Source of the DNA: Psammoneis japonica
Taxonomy: Eukaryota
Direction: 5' to 3'
Length of the DNA stretch: 62,723 nucleotides
Assembly (NCBI GenBank): GCA_008632985.1
Contig: QPGO01000188.1
Location: 62,001 to 124,723, forward strand
The notes under the pieces were generated by a model. That model was not told the origin of the DNA, did not search any database, and was given only the letters and a program-made list of their open reading frames with translations. Both the position numbers and the translations under genes were made by a program. Below, piece after piece: positions 37,637 to 50,926 of the stretch (position 1 is its first letter; the number at the start of each line of letters is the position of its first letter).

Positions 37637-39815
37637 ACAACTCAATCCATCTGACAGAGCAATCAAACAGATGGCTCATGACCAGATGGAGGCATGTCAC
37701 GCTGCCAGGCTGAAACCAACTCCTCATCATCATTGTTGTCGTCTCATTCAAAGCATGCTCCAGCATTTCCATGGGCTTCTTTGGGGCCAACACAAAAACA
37801 TGCCAGCCTGCATGATCCCACAGCAGCAGTGCCAAGAGCTGTTCATTTCTCTTTGCTCCAACACCGTTTTGATGGCATTTCTCCATGTGCTCTCTCAGCT
37901 GACAAAAGTTGCCAAGTGTCGCCACTTTTCAGGCCTTTGAGGCACATGTTGAGTGGCTGGGGGGGGGGGGGGTTGATGTGCGATCAGACACAAGATGAGC
38001 AAGAGAGGAAGCTGGTCCATGGGTGGGAAGCAATGGCGCTGGTGGTCTGTCAACAGGAGAGGCGGCAATGGCCATGTTTGTTTCTCATGCTCATTTGAAG
38101 GCATTTCATTGGAAACAAAATGACCAGGCATCATCCACCACAGCAGCCACACATTTCATTGCATCCATTGATTCAGTTGCACACTTGACTCCATTGCAGC
38201 ACTTGCAACATTCTCATCAGACCAACGAAGCTCCACAAACTTAAAACAGCACTGCTCTTTAAATGGAGTGCCTGTCATGATGTCTGAGCTCAAAGTCATT
38301 TTGATGTGAGAACAATGCGTTGCAGTGGAATCTTCAAAAAGCAGCGGCATTGCCCCCCAAGTGAGCCCTTGCTGCAGTGTCTTGTCCAACTTAAAAACCA
38401 TTTCGACCTGAGAACAACTTGTTGCAGAATCTTCCTTTGAGCAATGTGTTTTGTTGCTTGACAAACCAACAAAACTTCCTCAAGCAAAACAGCCCACCAA
38501 AGCAATTGTGCAGACCTGCAACTTTGCACCGCATGGATTTGTGCGGAGTGTGTGAGTGCATGTGCAAATTGCTGTGTTCCTCCTGAGCTGCACTTGCAAA
38601 CAACTTGCATCTTCTCATCACTGGAGTCACATGGATGCCAATTGTCTGTTGTTTTAAAGTTGTCCCAAGAGCTGCTGGCTGCTGGGGCATCGGGCTGGCT
38701 TCATTGGTGCCTTGGTTTTGTGTTTTTCCTCTGGGAAAATCAAAGTCTTTGAAATGTCATGACAGAAAGTGTCTCAAGCTGAGCTCTGGGTGTGTGCCAA
38801 AGGTGCTGACTCCAACAGTTGCTTGCATTGTTGCACTCAAAATTCATCCTGTGAACAAGTCAATGTCTTTCTGGCGTGGCCTTGTGACGCGTCCTTGCCT
38901 TCTCAAATGGCGCGCACATGGCAACCAAAATGATGCCAGTGGAGCGGCGCCTTGTGCCCTGCTGCACTGGCTTGTCAAAGAACCACAAATGACATGATCA
39001 ACAAAATGTTGCATCCACCTGTCGGTCCACAGTCATTGTGCGCTTTCAACTCCCGAGCTGGGTTGCCAATTGGAGAACAACTTGTGCTGGGCCGGACATT
39101 TGAGTGAAGTGCAAGAAGAGCAAAGTTGATTCCCTGGCCAATTGTCCACCTCAGCTGCACTCAATTTCACTCAGTCTCTTTGAACAAATTGCAGCCACTG
39201 GGCAGATGCAGAGTCAACAACCATGAGGCAGATTTTGTTGGTGGAGTGCACAGAGCTGTGCGAAGCTGCAAATCGGCCTTCTTGGGGGCTCAAAACAACC
39301 CTGCAATTGTTTCAATTTATTTCACACAACCCTCCCTTTGGCGACATTGCCACCAGAGCATTGCGTTGCTCAAATCCTGTTTCTCAAATGAGGGTCGACA
39401 ATCCCTGCCAGCCGCAAAGGCAAACGGCGAGGCAAGGGTTGGCAGCGACACCTGGGAGATCTTAAAAAATTCACTTGTTTGCCCAACAACTTTGCTTCCT
39501 CACATTCTTTTACATTCATGACGTGATGTCTGGCTGTCTTGACTTTTGTCTGCATCATTCACGTTCATCCTGTGTCCTTTTTTCCATCATCCACTGCCTC
39601 TTGCAGACCGCACCTCTCTCGAATTATTCATGACATTGAAGATGAGGGAGAGGGACAGACTTTCTCGCCCCGCATTTCAATTTCAGCGATGACATAAAAT
39701 TCAACATGATGCCGATACCAGATGATAGCCGTGCGTAGTAGAGCGAAGTGAGCAGAGCAGTGTGAGGTGCGAGTGCGGCTTTCGATGGTGTACTTCTCCT
39801 TCTAGTTACCCTACA

Positions 39816-40860
39816 ATGGCACCATCCCCTACAGCCGCAGCGGCAAACTCAAACAAGAGAAAGAGAGGTCGTTCTCCTAGTCCTGTCGAACGCAAAAGTC
39901 AAACAGACTCGGAAGCAGCGGTAGTTGGTATTCAGGGTGAAGATGAAAGCCAGAAGAATGATGAAAGCAACATGCAACCACAGAATCCAAGCTCAACAGC
40001 CACAACAACCAATCAACTGGCAAGAAGAAACTCTCCTTTTTTAGCAGGAAGAGGGTTAAAAAGGCATTTCAACCTCGAGAGAACGAGACAGTGCAGGAAG
40101 CCATGGCGAGACGTCAGCTTTTGTTCGAGGGCATCATTCAAGACTTTTCGAAATATCGCTCCGTAATTGATCCAGAAGGTGGCGACGATGATAGGCTGAC
40201 CACGGAGCATCAACAAAAGATTGTTGTTTCTTGTATGTTACTGCGGAAGGCATATTTACTGCTTCAAGCCAACGCAGATGAAAACGGCATGAACTGGCAA
40301 GGAGCCTGCACTCTTACTATGAATCAAGCGAAAGAGTGGGGCATGCAGTGTCCCAAAATGTCCAAACGCTGATGAGACACCATCATTGCTTTGTCCGCAA
40401 CAACGACAAGTTTCCTCATCCTGTCAAAAAGAAGGATCCGACACCTGCAGATCCGCCTTTTTTCCATTCTCATCCCTTGGCCAAGCAGCAGTTTGTAGAT
40501 TACTTGCAACAGCGCGTTACGGGACAAGACGAGGAGAGTGGAGTTTACGTTGTCGAGAACACGAGTGGCCGTGAATTATTGAAGTACTTTGTGGAGCAGA
40601 TTGTTCCCGAGTTTCTTCGGCGGTACAATGAACAGCAACAACGAGAAAGTGGAGCACCACCGTGCACACAAGAAGACTTTCTCGAAAAGTTTAGTATCAA
40701 GAAGGTCACTTTTCACCCTAGGGTTGTGTGTGAGTGGTGCCAGAGGTTTGGATTTAGGATAAAGCGTGACTACAGCAAATGCATCAATGCGTCATAAAAG
40801 CGAGGATGCTTCAAGAGCAACAGCAACGGGACGAGCAAGATGATGACGACCATATAATGA
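39816..40860 (+). CDS. Hypothetical protein split by apparent frameshifts (ORFs 39762, 40091, 40336)
   Basis: Normal composition with consecutive coding-like ORFs; basic NLS-like KRKRGR. The C-terminal part (VCEWCQRFGF) vaguely resembles a transposase HTH. Confidence 0.5.
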
Positions 40861-41244
40861 TTGACGAATACTTTACAGCTCCGTAACAGATTCATTATAA
40901 CGGCAGAGATTCCTTGGCCTGTTCAATTCTTTTCAATGTGCTTTGCTTACGCAATTGCGATATGCCACCGTCAGCGATTGTATACCGATGCCACAGTGCG
41001 GGGCTCTAGATACTCGCAATCAAGAGTCGAGCCACAAATCGAGAGCCGCATCGCGAAAGACCACCATCCGTATCTGCAATAACTTCCAAAGTGCTAGCAT
41101 GTTCGACAAATAGTTTGTCCAACAAGCGCCACGTGGGTTGCCTTTACAATATCTTCGTCGGGCTGTCAACGAGGCAGAGGCATGACAGTAGCGCAAGAAA
41201 CAAGTCGCTTTGTTTTGTTGAACAGCATGAGGCTCCTTGTGTAC

Positions 41245-42632
41245 CTACGCAATATGCGAGCGATCAATATTGTTTTTGTCAAGAAGCCGTCGTAGCTGGA
41301 GTAACTCCCGGTCTTTCTTTCGTAGCTCAGACTGGAGTTGTGCGATTTGCTCGTTGTAGTCCGCCACCAAATCTCGAACCATGCCAGGATTCGTTGCAGG
41401 GACGCTGATGAGTTTTTCTTGAATCAGCCGTCCCAAAATTTGGTTGCACGAGGGTCGACAGAAGGCATCCTTGCCAATAGTTGCCTAGCAAGTTTCATTT
41501 GAAGCTCGTGAGTGCATGCCCATTCGTCGGGAAACGACAAGGACGATCGCAGCTCTCCAAGTACTTTGACTCGCTCCATACCGGTTGCAAACTTGGAAAA
41601 GATCTCAACGAGCAAAACACCAAGAGAATATACATCACATTTTTCACTGTACCTCCCCGTTGCCACCTCGGGTGCCGTATAAAGAAACGTCCCAACTTGT
41701 GATGACTTTGAACGATGCGAGTCATCGCAACAATCACTACTCGTGACTTGTTCTTCGTCGCCATCAATCGAATCCATGTTAGCCAAAGCGGACGGTATTA
41801 GTGCTGGGCTGTAGGTTGAAAGTCCAAAGTCCCCAATTTTGACAACTCCATCATCACGAATCAAAATATTGGTTGGTTTCATGTCTCGGTGGATGATACC
41901 CTTGGAATGCAAGTGGGCAAGTCCTTGCACGGCTTGTGCAAAGTGTTCCCAAATCGCCGCATCGTCGTTGCAGTTTGCTACAGCTTGGTTCAAATTTCCA
42001 GAGCAATATTCCATGAGAATAAATAGATAAACTGGGAATATTTGTTTTTCTCGGATGTGGATTGTACTCGTGTCAGCTTCCGGCGGTATGCTCTTCATGT
42101 AACAATCCGTACACAAATCGAGTGGTTGCAAAACAGCGTCGATCAGTCCCCACTGCTCAAAGCTCACCTCCCAATCCTTATACGTAGTTTGGCATAGCTG
42201 GCAAGTAGGATCTATGTGATTATTGCTTTCTTCGGATACCTTTGAGCCACTTTCAGAGTCACTATACAAAAATGATCCCGAGTCGTCTGCTGCGCAATTT
42301 CTGCCACTGAATACGTCATCTTCTCCCTGTTCAAGCCATGCCCCATAGTACCGCACCACATTTTCATGATTGACACTTGAGAGTACCTCCACTTCTCGCA
42401 GCACTACATTGCATTCTTCTTCAGTACCGGAACCAGCAAGCTTTACACATTTTAAGGCATACACTTGCGAATCGATGCGGTTCTTGACCTTGTACGTTGT
42501 CCCAAACGCGCCCCTTCCCAGAATACAAAGCATTTCAAACTCGGTGCGGTGTCTCGCATGCTCCACGTGTTCACGACGTGTCCATTCCAGAGAATCATGA
42601 TGAGCCAATCCTAAAATGTTATTGTTTTGCAT
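41245..42632 (-). CDS. eIF2-alpha kinase-like (HRI/GCN2/PERK family) kinase with long kinase insert and C-terminal coiled coil; frameshift near 41455
   Basis: LGRGAFG, VKNRIDSQVYALK, HENVVRYYGAWLE, acidic insert, YLFILMEYC, HRDMKPTN, KIGDFGL, VGTFLYTAPE, FATGMER. Confidence 0.88.
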
Positions 42633-42849
42633 GTTGTTTTAGAGAAAATATTATGATGAAGTAGTGTTGAGATAAACGCACAACGCAACAACATCATTGT
42701 GAAGAAGATCATACAGCAATGTGGGGGCGCACTGCCGGCATGCTGTACGAGCTCGAATTTAATGTTTTTGATAACCCGGATCGTGACAATCGTGACAAAA
42801 CTGCCCATTTTTACCCAAGTTTTACCCTGTGTAATAAACAACACGAGTC

Positions 42850-44240
42850 ATTGACCACTCAGTGGTTGGTGATTGCAGACTTTTTCGTGTTGGTCAGTCG
42901 GTCCGGCAGTTGGGCAGTCCGTCCGAATTTTAGAGTGCGTCCCTCGGATTTTGGAGCGGCACGGGTTGTTCAGTGCAAACGAGTTTTGCTCGGATTCGTG
43001 TGGAGTGATCATTGAGGACATTGGAGGTCGTGGGGACATCCCAAAAAATTGACAAATTCCCCATGATGGGTGCATGGAACAGTTTTTCAGGAGAGCTCAA
43101 AAGTGCTGCAAAGCTGGGGTTGCCGGCGTGGCATGTTGAAAAATGCGCTGAGCTTTGAACAAAGAAGACAGCTTGTGTCGTGAATTCTGCGTGAAACAGT
43201 CAAATTGAAGAAACATGTCAAACAACAAGTGGTTTGTGCAATGCACCATTTCAGTGGCAAATTGGACAAAAAAGTGTGTCCGTGCACCTTGCCACAGTCC
43301 CAAAAATGGAGTGAGCTGTCAAACACAGCTGTCATCTGCATCACCTGTGCGCTGACCACACACCACCCTGCCCCCCTGCCGCTGCAACACCAGCTGCAGC
43401 AGCAGGGCCCTGCTTGTGCACATGCAAGCAGTGCAGCATGCAACAGCACGCACCCACACTCACAAAGAAAAACAAATGTCAGGCAGCTGTGCAGTCCGTT
43501 GGTGTTTGTTGTGTTTTTCGGTTGTGACTTGTGTCCAATTGTTTGCGGTGGGCATGACCGTGTGAGGCAGAATGACTTTGTGTTCATGTTGGGTGCATGT
43601 GAAGGCCAGTGTGCAATGGCCTCATTGCACACGAACATTGTGGGGATTGCTTCCTGTGGCTTGAATTGTGAAACATGGATCTGGGCAAGGAGAAGGCAAA
43701 GGAGTCTAAGAGACTGGCAACAAGAAAACTGTGGAAAAAAAGAAAGGAGCTGAAGAATGCAGAGAACGTCAGAGGAAGGAATTGGAAGACCAACATGCAG
43801 ACAGGTTGCAATGCAAGGTGGTGCAGAAAGTGGATCGGCAGAGCAAGGAGTCAGAGGACCAACACATCGAGAAAGGTTGCAATGCGAGGCAGCACAGAAA
43901 GTGGATCGGCGGAGCAAGGAGTCAGAGGACCAACATCGAAAGAGGTTGCAGTGCAATGCGGCACAGAAAGTGGATTGGCAGAGCAAGGAGTTGGAGGACC
44001 AACATCAAGAGAGGTTGCAATGCAAGGCTGTGCAGAAAGTGGGTTGGCAGGGGGCAAGGAGTCAAAGGACCAATGTGAGGAGAGGCTGCAATGCGAGGCA
44101 GTGCAGAAAGCAGACTGGCAGAGCAAGGAGTCAGAGGACCAACATGAGAAGAGGCTGCAATGCAAGGCAGTGCAGAAAGCAGACTGGTGGACATGTGCCA
44201 CAGAATCATCCAGGAGGCATGTTGGCCATTCTCAATGAAG
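42850..44240. other. TpA-depleted island D
   Basis: Near-absence of TA between two normal genes. Confidence 0.8.
43775..44190. repeat. Tandem repeat of ~60-63-bp units (about 6-7 copies)
   Basis: GAGGTTGCAATGC[AG]AGGC.GTGCAGAAAG.GGA.[CT]GGCAGAGCAAGGAGTCAGAGGACCAACATC repeated. Confidence 0.92.
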
Positions 44241-44538
44241 AGAAGTAAAGACGCAACACTCCAACAAAGTGCTGCACTCTCGATGTAACGCACGTCCCAT
44301 ATAACCGTGACAAGATGGGACAAAAGGTGACAGACTTGGGAATGTGTGCGTGTGTGATTGCATGCAATGGAAAATCATGTGTTTTGTGTGAGTCGAAACA
44401 TGGCAAACTCGAGCTGAGTGTACAGCATAAAAGCGTCCTGCAGCTGCTGCAAGCACATATCATGACCATTCTCTCTAGAAAGAATACAACAACCCCAGCT
44501 TTGATATATTTTTATATAGTCTACACAATCACACTTTT

Positions 44539-45563
44539 CTAGCAATTATCATCATGGTACACCCAATCCTTTTGGAATTGTCCGGGTTTGTTTTGAGAAT
44601 GCGCCGCATTATCCATGGGTAAGGATTTGGTCTGAGCCGAACTCAAAATGGAAAGAATCGAAACGGCAATCGATTGTGCCGTCATGGTGGGTCTCCATCC
44701 TTTCCCCAACAATGACAAGCAAATGTCACCATTGGTGTACACGTGCTCGTGTTTGGGTGTCGGTTGGAGGAAATACACACTGGGCGGGACACTGGGATAT
44801 TCCTTGGGGAATTGAATACGAAGCTTGTATACTTCGTCCTCGTAAATGGTATTCTTGGCTCCCGTCAATGTGACAATCCAAATGCGAATGTTGGATCCAA
44901 CCTTGACTTTGAGATTGGGAGGTGGATTCGTAATGAATTCCTTGAGTTCGCGTTGAATTCTGTAATTGGGACTCTTGTGACTCAGCTTGACGTCCAAGTG
45001 TTTGTTGCTCTTTGCTTTTTCCGTCTTTTTGGTTGTCTTCTTCTTCTTTCGACTAGAAGACAATGATTTTGTTTTCTTTGTAGTAGTCTTGATGTCGTCC
45101 TTGTCTGTCTCTACTGCTGCGGCTTTCTTCTTTGCGGCCCTCTTCTTCTTTTTCTTTTGTTTTGGAACCGGCAAGAGACGAGTTCCTGTAATCTTTTCCA
45201 TGAGCTGTACCAAGGAACGTAACAAGGCACCAAGAAGAGGAAATTTACGATCCAAAATCTCCAAGAGGGAACGAATCACGTTTCGAGTTTTGGTAATGAA
45301 TACTCCGTCGTTGTCCGAGTCGTCCTCTGCAGTTCCAGAGTTGATGATGACGACTCGGCTCCTCCACGAAGACGATCCACCAAGAGTGATACCAACTCGT
45401 CTTTATTCTGATGTCTATTCGCTACATTCTCCAGGATATCGTTACTGTCGAGTTTCTGATATAGTTGTCTATTAAGAAACGCTCTTTTGGTTGAAGGTAT
45501 CGCCCTGATTTCGGCATGATAGCTGGGACTAACTTTGCGCTCGTCCCTCTCTACTCTTTCCAT
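44539..45563 (-). CDS. Ubiquitin-conjugating enzyme E2 (UBE2W/UBC16-like) with long N-terminal extension; probable frameshift near 45355; start uncertain
   Basis: RIQRELKEF, YPSVPPSVYF, HEHVYTNGDICLSLL, SILSILSS, WVYHDDNC; Lys-rich linker. Confidence 0.85.
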
Positions 45564-45964
45564 ATCAACAGTTAGAGAAAAAGATACATACGCAAGCGAA
45601 AACATGCCGTGAATTGAAGCAACTCATCATGGTCCGTAGTGGCTTGGATGGACAGCGACGGCTCAACGCCATGGTGCTTTCCGAAAGGCAAAGAAATAAA
45701 AAAAAGAAAAAGTGACGCTCGATCGGAACGAGAAAATAGCTCAACGTGGAACCTATTGAACGGACTGTCGGTCAGACGAGACTCACTGCGGACGAACAGG
45801 AGCGACGGACTGACACAAGATCTTCGAAAAAAGATATCCGGGATCGTGCGCCGGGCATGACGAACACATTTTTCTTATCGCGCTTCCAACTTCTTCTTCC
45901 CGTTTTTGCTGTTTTGACTTATTCTTCCGAGACTAACCTCTTTACATCATAGCAACAAGACACC

Positions 45965-47844
45965 ATGGCCACGTCAAGCACAGCTACTATCGCTGGATGG
46001 TTGCTGCTGCTGCTACTAAATCTGGCGATAGTAGTAGCAGTGGTCTCTTGTCAGGACTTGTTTCCGGACTTTGGCCTCACATTAACGAAGCAGTATGCAA
46101 AGAAGTAAAGGCATCGGTTGAACCGTCTTTGCCGATTTACCCGGACCGCTCAAGACCTTGACCTTTACAGAATTGGATTGGGCATGGTTCCTATTCGTAT
46201 TGATAACGTCTTGATTCACGATAAGGAGAGAGACGCGCTTCAGTTTGACTTTGACGTCGTGTGGGACGGTGATTGTAACATTCAATTGAAAGCCAATTAT
46301 CTCGGATCATTTGGAGTTCAAAAAATCAAATTAGTGGACGTCTCAGTGTCGTGCTGTCGCCCTTGTTGAATACCATTCCCGTCGTTTCCGCGGCACAAAT
46401 TTGCTTTATCAATCCCCCCACGTTTGAGTTGGACTTTTTGGGATTGGCCGATCTGGCCGATTGCAGTTTGGTGGACAGCAAGATTCGAGGTGTCATATCG
46501 GATGTGTTGGATAGCATACTCGTCTTGCCCAATCGCTTGTACATCAAGGTGGATCCTGCCAATCGGTTCTTGGACACGTACAAGCCACCCGTGGGTGTGG
46601 CGCGAGTGACGGTGGAACGTGCCACGGGATTTGATGGAGGGTACTTTTCCGATTCGGATGATGTGTATTGCACCGTCAAATTGGGAAGCAGTCCTTTGTG
46701 GAAGACGAGTACCAAAAACAATTGTACAAGTCCTGTATGGAACGAAACGTCTGACTTTTTGCTTTATGATCACGATCAAATCCTTACCATTAGAGCTTGG
46801 GATGAGGATACCGGTTCGGATGATGCCTTGGGGACTGCCCGAGTCACGGTTCGTGAAGTGCTCTTGGCTGGCAAGACTGTTACTCTTAACCTGGACAAGA
46901 ATGCCAAGGTGACTCTGCGCTGCGAAATTTGTCCCTTGAGTCCATCCAATCTCGACAGTTTGGAATCCAACAAGGATGAGAATCTCCTCAGTGGTCTCAT
47001 CACCGTCTTGGTGATTGGGGCCGAGGATATTCCATTGAAAAAGGCCGAGGCCAAGACCTTTGTCAAGGTAAAGTATGGCGACAAGACTGAATTTGTTACC
47101 GGTACAGTGAAGCACGCTCCCGGTGTGGATGCTCTCGATCCAATTTATGATTGTGCCTTTCAGATACCGCTTGGTCCCGATGCATGCAACAAGAAGGAAT
47201 CGCTCGAGTTGATCCTTATGAATGGTAAAGACACAGTCTTGGGCACTACGACGGTGTCTCACGATGCCATGATGGTGGCTTCTGAAACGGGAATTACCGG
47301 TCAACGTAAAATTGGTGACGGTGGAGCCTCCTTGGAGTTTCGTGTGACCCTCTCCGGCGTACTCGAGCCCACGGATGCGGATACCCTTGCCAAGGATGGT
47401 ATTTCTAAACTAGACCTTACGGCATCTTCGAATCACCCCGACAGAGCCAAGGGGACAGTTCGTCTCTCCATTTTGAAGGGCTGGGGATTTGAAGTCGAAA
47501 AGAGAAAACACCGATTGATCAAGCGTAGGGACGTGCCGGATGTCTATTGCAACATTACCTTTGGGTCGAGCCCCAAGGTTTGGAGGACAAAGACGATCCG
47601 AAACAACCTTACGCCCGAGTGGAACGAAGCAGCAGACTATTTGTTTTTGGATCATGGACAGATTATCAACATTGAAGTGTTTGACGAGGACAAGAGACGA
47701 GATAAGGACGACGAGCTTGGAGGGGCTAGGATCAATGTTGGAAAACTATTGGTTGCTGGAGGACCAACGGACGTGGAGCTTTTCGAAGCGGGCAAGCCAA
47801 GCGGAAAGTACATTTCCATGCGCTGCGACTTTGTCAAGCCATGA
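45965..47844 (+). CDS. Extended-synaptotagmin-like protein (N-terminal TM, SMP-like region, three C2 domains); frameshifts near 46120 and 46335
   Basis: Hydrophobic N-terminus; FTFTELDWAW/GMVPIRIDN SMP-like; C2 motifs SDDVYC...PVWNE...WDEDTGSDDALG and PDVYC...PEWNE...FDED. Confidence 0.8.
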
Positions 47845-47975
47845 AAGAGTAGTCAATGTATAGATACCTTTTCAATTTAGTAATAGACATTCAGAGTACC
47901 TGCGACGAAAGCAGTCCACGAAAAGCACTTTCAGAATACTTCACTGGATCAACAGATTTCGTAATACGAATCATC

Positions 47976-49187
47976 TCAGAGTTCGGGTGCCCAAGGCGCA
48001 ACAGCATGACGAATGTTTCCTTCGGCTTGACGAAGCCGTCGGACCCATTTTCCACTTGGCAGACCAACGTACTCGGCAATCTTTCGCTTGTAGATAAGAG
48101 AAGTATCAGGTCCTTGATTGAGAAGGCTCAACGGTGTTCCTGTGGATTCAAAAGTTTTCGTAGAGAGCATGCTGCCAAGGATGCACTCCAAAAAACTGTC
48201 GTACAATGAAAGATGCAGCCTCACAATATCAAGAATATGTTTTATCATCTCGTCATCTCCCTCAATGTGGTATTTCGACATCCTTCTTGCTGCAAACTCA
48301 CGTGACGCTGCAAACAGAGCAACGAGCACCCGTACAGTGCGTGCATACTTTGTAAACACATGCTTGTTGAACACGAAGTCCAAAACCTTCTGGTTCTCCT
48401 TACAATTATCGACAACGTCAAGCATGAAATCTTCATCCCGAAGCCATTTCTTCGATATATGTAACAAGTCTCCATATAACGTAGCACTTGCTAGACAGAT
48501 TTCACGATCCTCTGCCCATTGCCAACGTCGGCCGTTACCTAGTACGTAGGACGGAAAACCGAGACCAGCCTTCATCCAGGCTCTGGCAAACTCCAAGTTA
48601 TCCCAAAGAGAGGGCTCGATCTGTTTTTGGACTGGAAACATAATTTCTGAATCACCACCAAAACGCCCAAGAGCAGGTAGTGCCTCCATAACTAGAGGTA
48701 AGTAAGCCAGTTGAAGTTCATGGCTCATGAAACCGAGTATGCGAACATTTTCGTGGAGAACCCTCACCCCATGATTCAGGACCTCCGCTGGACGCCAAAG
48801 CAGCAATCACAACGTTTTCGTTTACCATCAAATTATACGGTAGATTGAAGCAAGAAACCTGCTTGCATCCCGCGAATGCGAATGCCTTTTGCATTTGATA
48901 TTTTGGACTTTCTGGGTCATCCAAACAGCGAACTGCAGGAAAAGCGTGAAAGGTAGCGCATACATCCTCAATGTCATTCTTCCATTCAGGCTCGAGATCA
49001 TTAAAATTGATTTTGCGTTCGCCAATGGAAGACAAGACAGATTCACGGGTCTCCTTCTCACTTCTAGTAGAGTTGGGACTACTGAGTTATGGATTGCCTC
49101 CTCGAGTTCTGCCACGCGACGACGGAGTCTGTCGTTTTCTTGTTCCAGTTCTGCAATGCGCTGTTTGTCGAGGCACGATTCTGCCAT
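47976..49187 (-). CDS. Hypothetical protein (N-terminal coiled coil, DUF4116-like WxxDxxF repeats), split by frameshifts
   Basis: IAELEQENDRLRRRVAELE; repeats LWDNLEF, WAEDREI, WLRDEDFMLDVV; normal composition. Confidence 0.55.
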
Positions 49188-49713
49188 TTTCAATCTCTTG
49201 TTGTTGGGTGCAATGATGACAAGACGATGGGGAGAAAGGAATTGAAAGATTTTGAAGAGAAAAGAGAATGTGTCATTGTCATTTATTCGCGATCATTTTG
49301 TCCGAAGTTCTGTCCCCCATGCGTCTTGGGTGTTTGCCATTTAGTCTGCTGTGACAATTTCCCGGTTCATGATCAGTGTCATGATTGCCTCTCTGCTCAC
49401 TGCGAAGACAAAACATTCCCAAATGATGCACACAATGACCACCCAGTGCTTTTGTTGTTGCAAATGCCTTGGGCAGACATTGGGACCTTGCTGGGTGATT
49501 GCGAGGCCACCTTTTGGCTCCTCTTGTGTTGGCTTGCAGCAGGAGTGCCAGAGAGCTCAACGATGTTGTGACCCGCACTTTCCTTGTGTGGTGCAATCAA
49601 AGCATTGCCAATGATGCCCACCTGCTGATGGCACACATTGTCATTGCCTCAACTTGACAAAATGTGCCAGTTTGACTTTTTCATGTGATGCCTCTCAGCA
49701 GTGCTTTCCCAAC

Positions 49714-49989
49714 TGACAGGATTTGAACAGGATTTGGGTGTGCGCGAAATGCCGCACGCTGTTTAGTTTACCGCGCACAGTTTTGTGTGCTTTAGTTCCA
49801 CGCGTTCGCATGCAATGCAGTTTGCTTTCGAGCCACAAGGCTCACAAGAATGACAACAGTGGCCCGATTGTGCCGACTTGCACGTCTTTCGGCTCCTGCA
49901 GCGGTCTCTGAGCGGAGACTCATCTGCCATTTAGACAGCAGCAAGGAGTCATTGTTTGAATTCTTGCCATTTGCCTTCAATTTCTGTCA
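49714..49989 (+). repeat. 5' LTR
   Basis: Ungapped 276-bp match to 56021-56296; TG...CA termini. Confidence 0.97.
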
Positions 49990-50926
49990 GATTGACAGTC
50001 TTGCTCATTGTCAACCCATTGAGCAACCGCCATCGTCGTCGTTGATTCACCGACGATGCTGTTTCAATTCTGCGTGGACCTCCGTGTGTGTTCTACACAC
50101 ATCGGCAAGTCTGCGCGCGTTCAATGCCAGGCATCGGCAGGAATTTAACGTCACCGTCAAGTCTCCTTGCCGCTGGACATCTGGATTGATTGTGCTGCCT
50201 TTGATTGCTGAAGACATGCATCAACGGTCATGTCCAAGTCCATCCTTGATCCTCATCCCTTGATGCACCCATTCATCGGTCAACGGTCAAGAACCCTGCA
50301 CATTCAAGTGTCTTCGTCGCTGAAGACATGTGCACATGTGCACATCTTCACAGCCAAGAACTTGTGCCCACTCTTCGGACTGCGGTTTTGCTTCCACTCT
50401 ACAAGCACACCGAGTCCATTGTGTCTGATCTGCCCCGGACTGCTGGTGCTCTGCAGTTCCGCTGGGTCCACGAGGACAACTGTGAGAGCAAGCAGCCATG
50501 ATTGCAGCCTGCGTTGGGGCGGGGGTGTTTTCCCGAGTTTGTTTGTTCGTCCACAGCGCCTGGCACCTGCGTCAACTGGCCAGCCTGATCGGGAAATCCA
50601 ACCGACACAAAACAAGAACGGTTCGGGGGTCTTGTCCACCTCCAGTCAGCTCACCTGCAGGGGTTTACAACCCGCTGCTCCGCTCGCAAGCAACCCAAAG
50701 CACCGCCAGCTGCGGGTTCAGACGTGCCGGCACAACTCTGCGGACCGGATGGGAAGTTTAGCACTTGACAACAAACGGGATGGCACAGCCCGGCAACTTC
50801 TGATTTTAAGGTAGTTCAAGATTTCAAGTCAAGTCCATTTCAAGTCAAGTCTGTTCTCACCCAAGTTTCAAGTCTGCCTTTGCTTCCCAACAAGAATTGC
50901 TTGTCCCGACACCACTTTTTGTCTGC

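Larger units (their letters stand above)
29400..39500. other. TpA-depleted domain C (mosaic of gene/TE relics and local repeats)
   Basis: TA almost absent over ~10 kb; contains the mutated FBPase copy. Confidence 0.9.

Noticed and set aside
43775..44190. CRISPR-like array (also considered for 1-776 and 32540-32852)
   Set aside because: Units are contiguous degenerate repeats without unique spacers, there are no cas genes, and the context is eukaryotic.
13654..49187. Frameshifts in many genuine genes (~13803, ~18651, ~20090, ~40080/40370, ~41455, ~45355, ~46120/46335, ~48780-49040) read as pseudogenisation or programmed frameshifting
   Set aside because: The ones examined are single-base losses in short homopolymers within otherwise intact conserved genes, typical of unpolished long-read assembly. 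Short-read or RNA-seq mapping would settle it.
49990..50010. Primer-binding site of the copia element
   Set aside because: GATTGACAGTCTTGC is not recognisably complementary to a tRNA 3' end and may be mutated, so it was not called.
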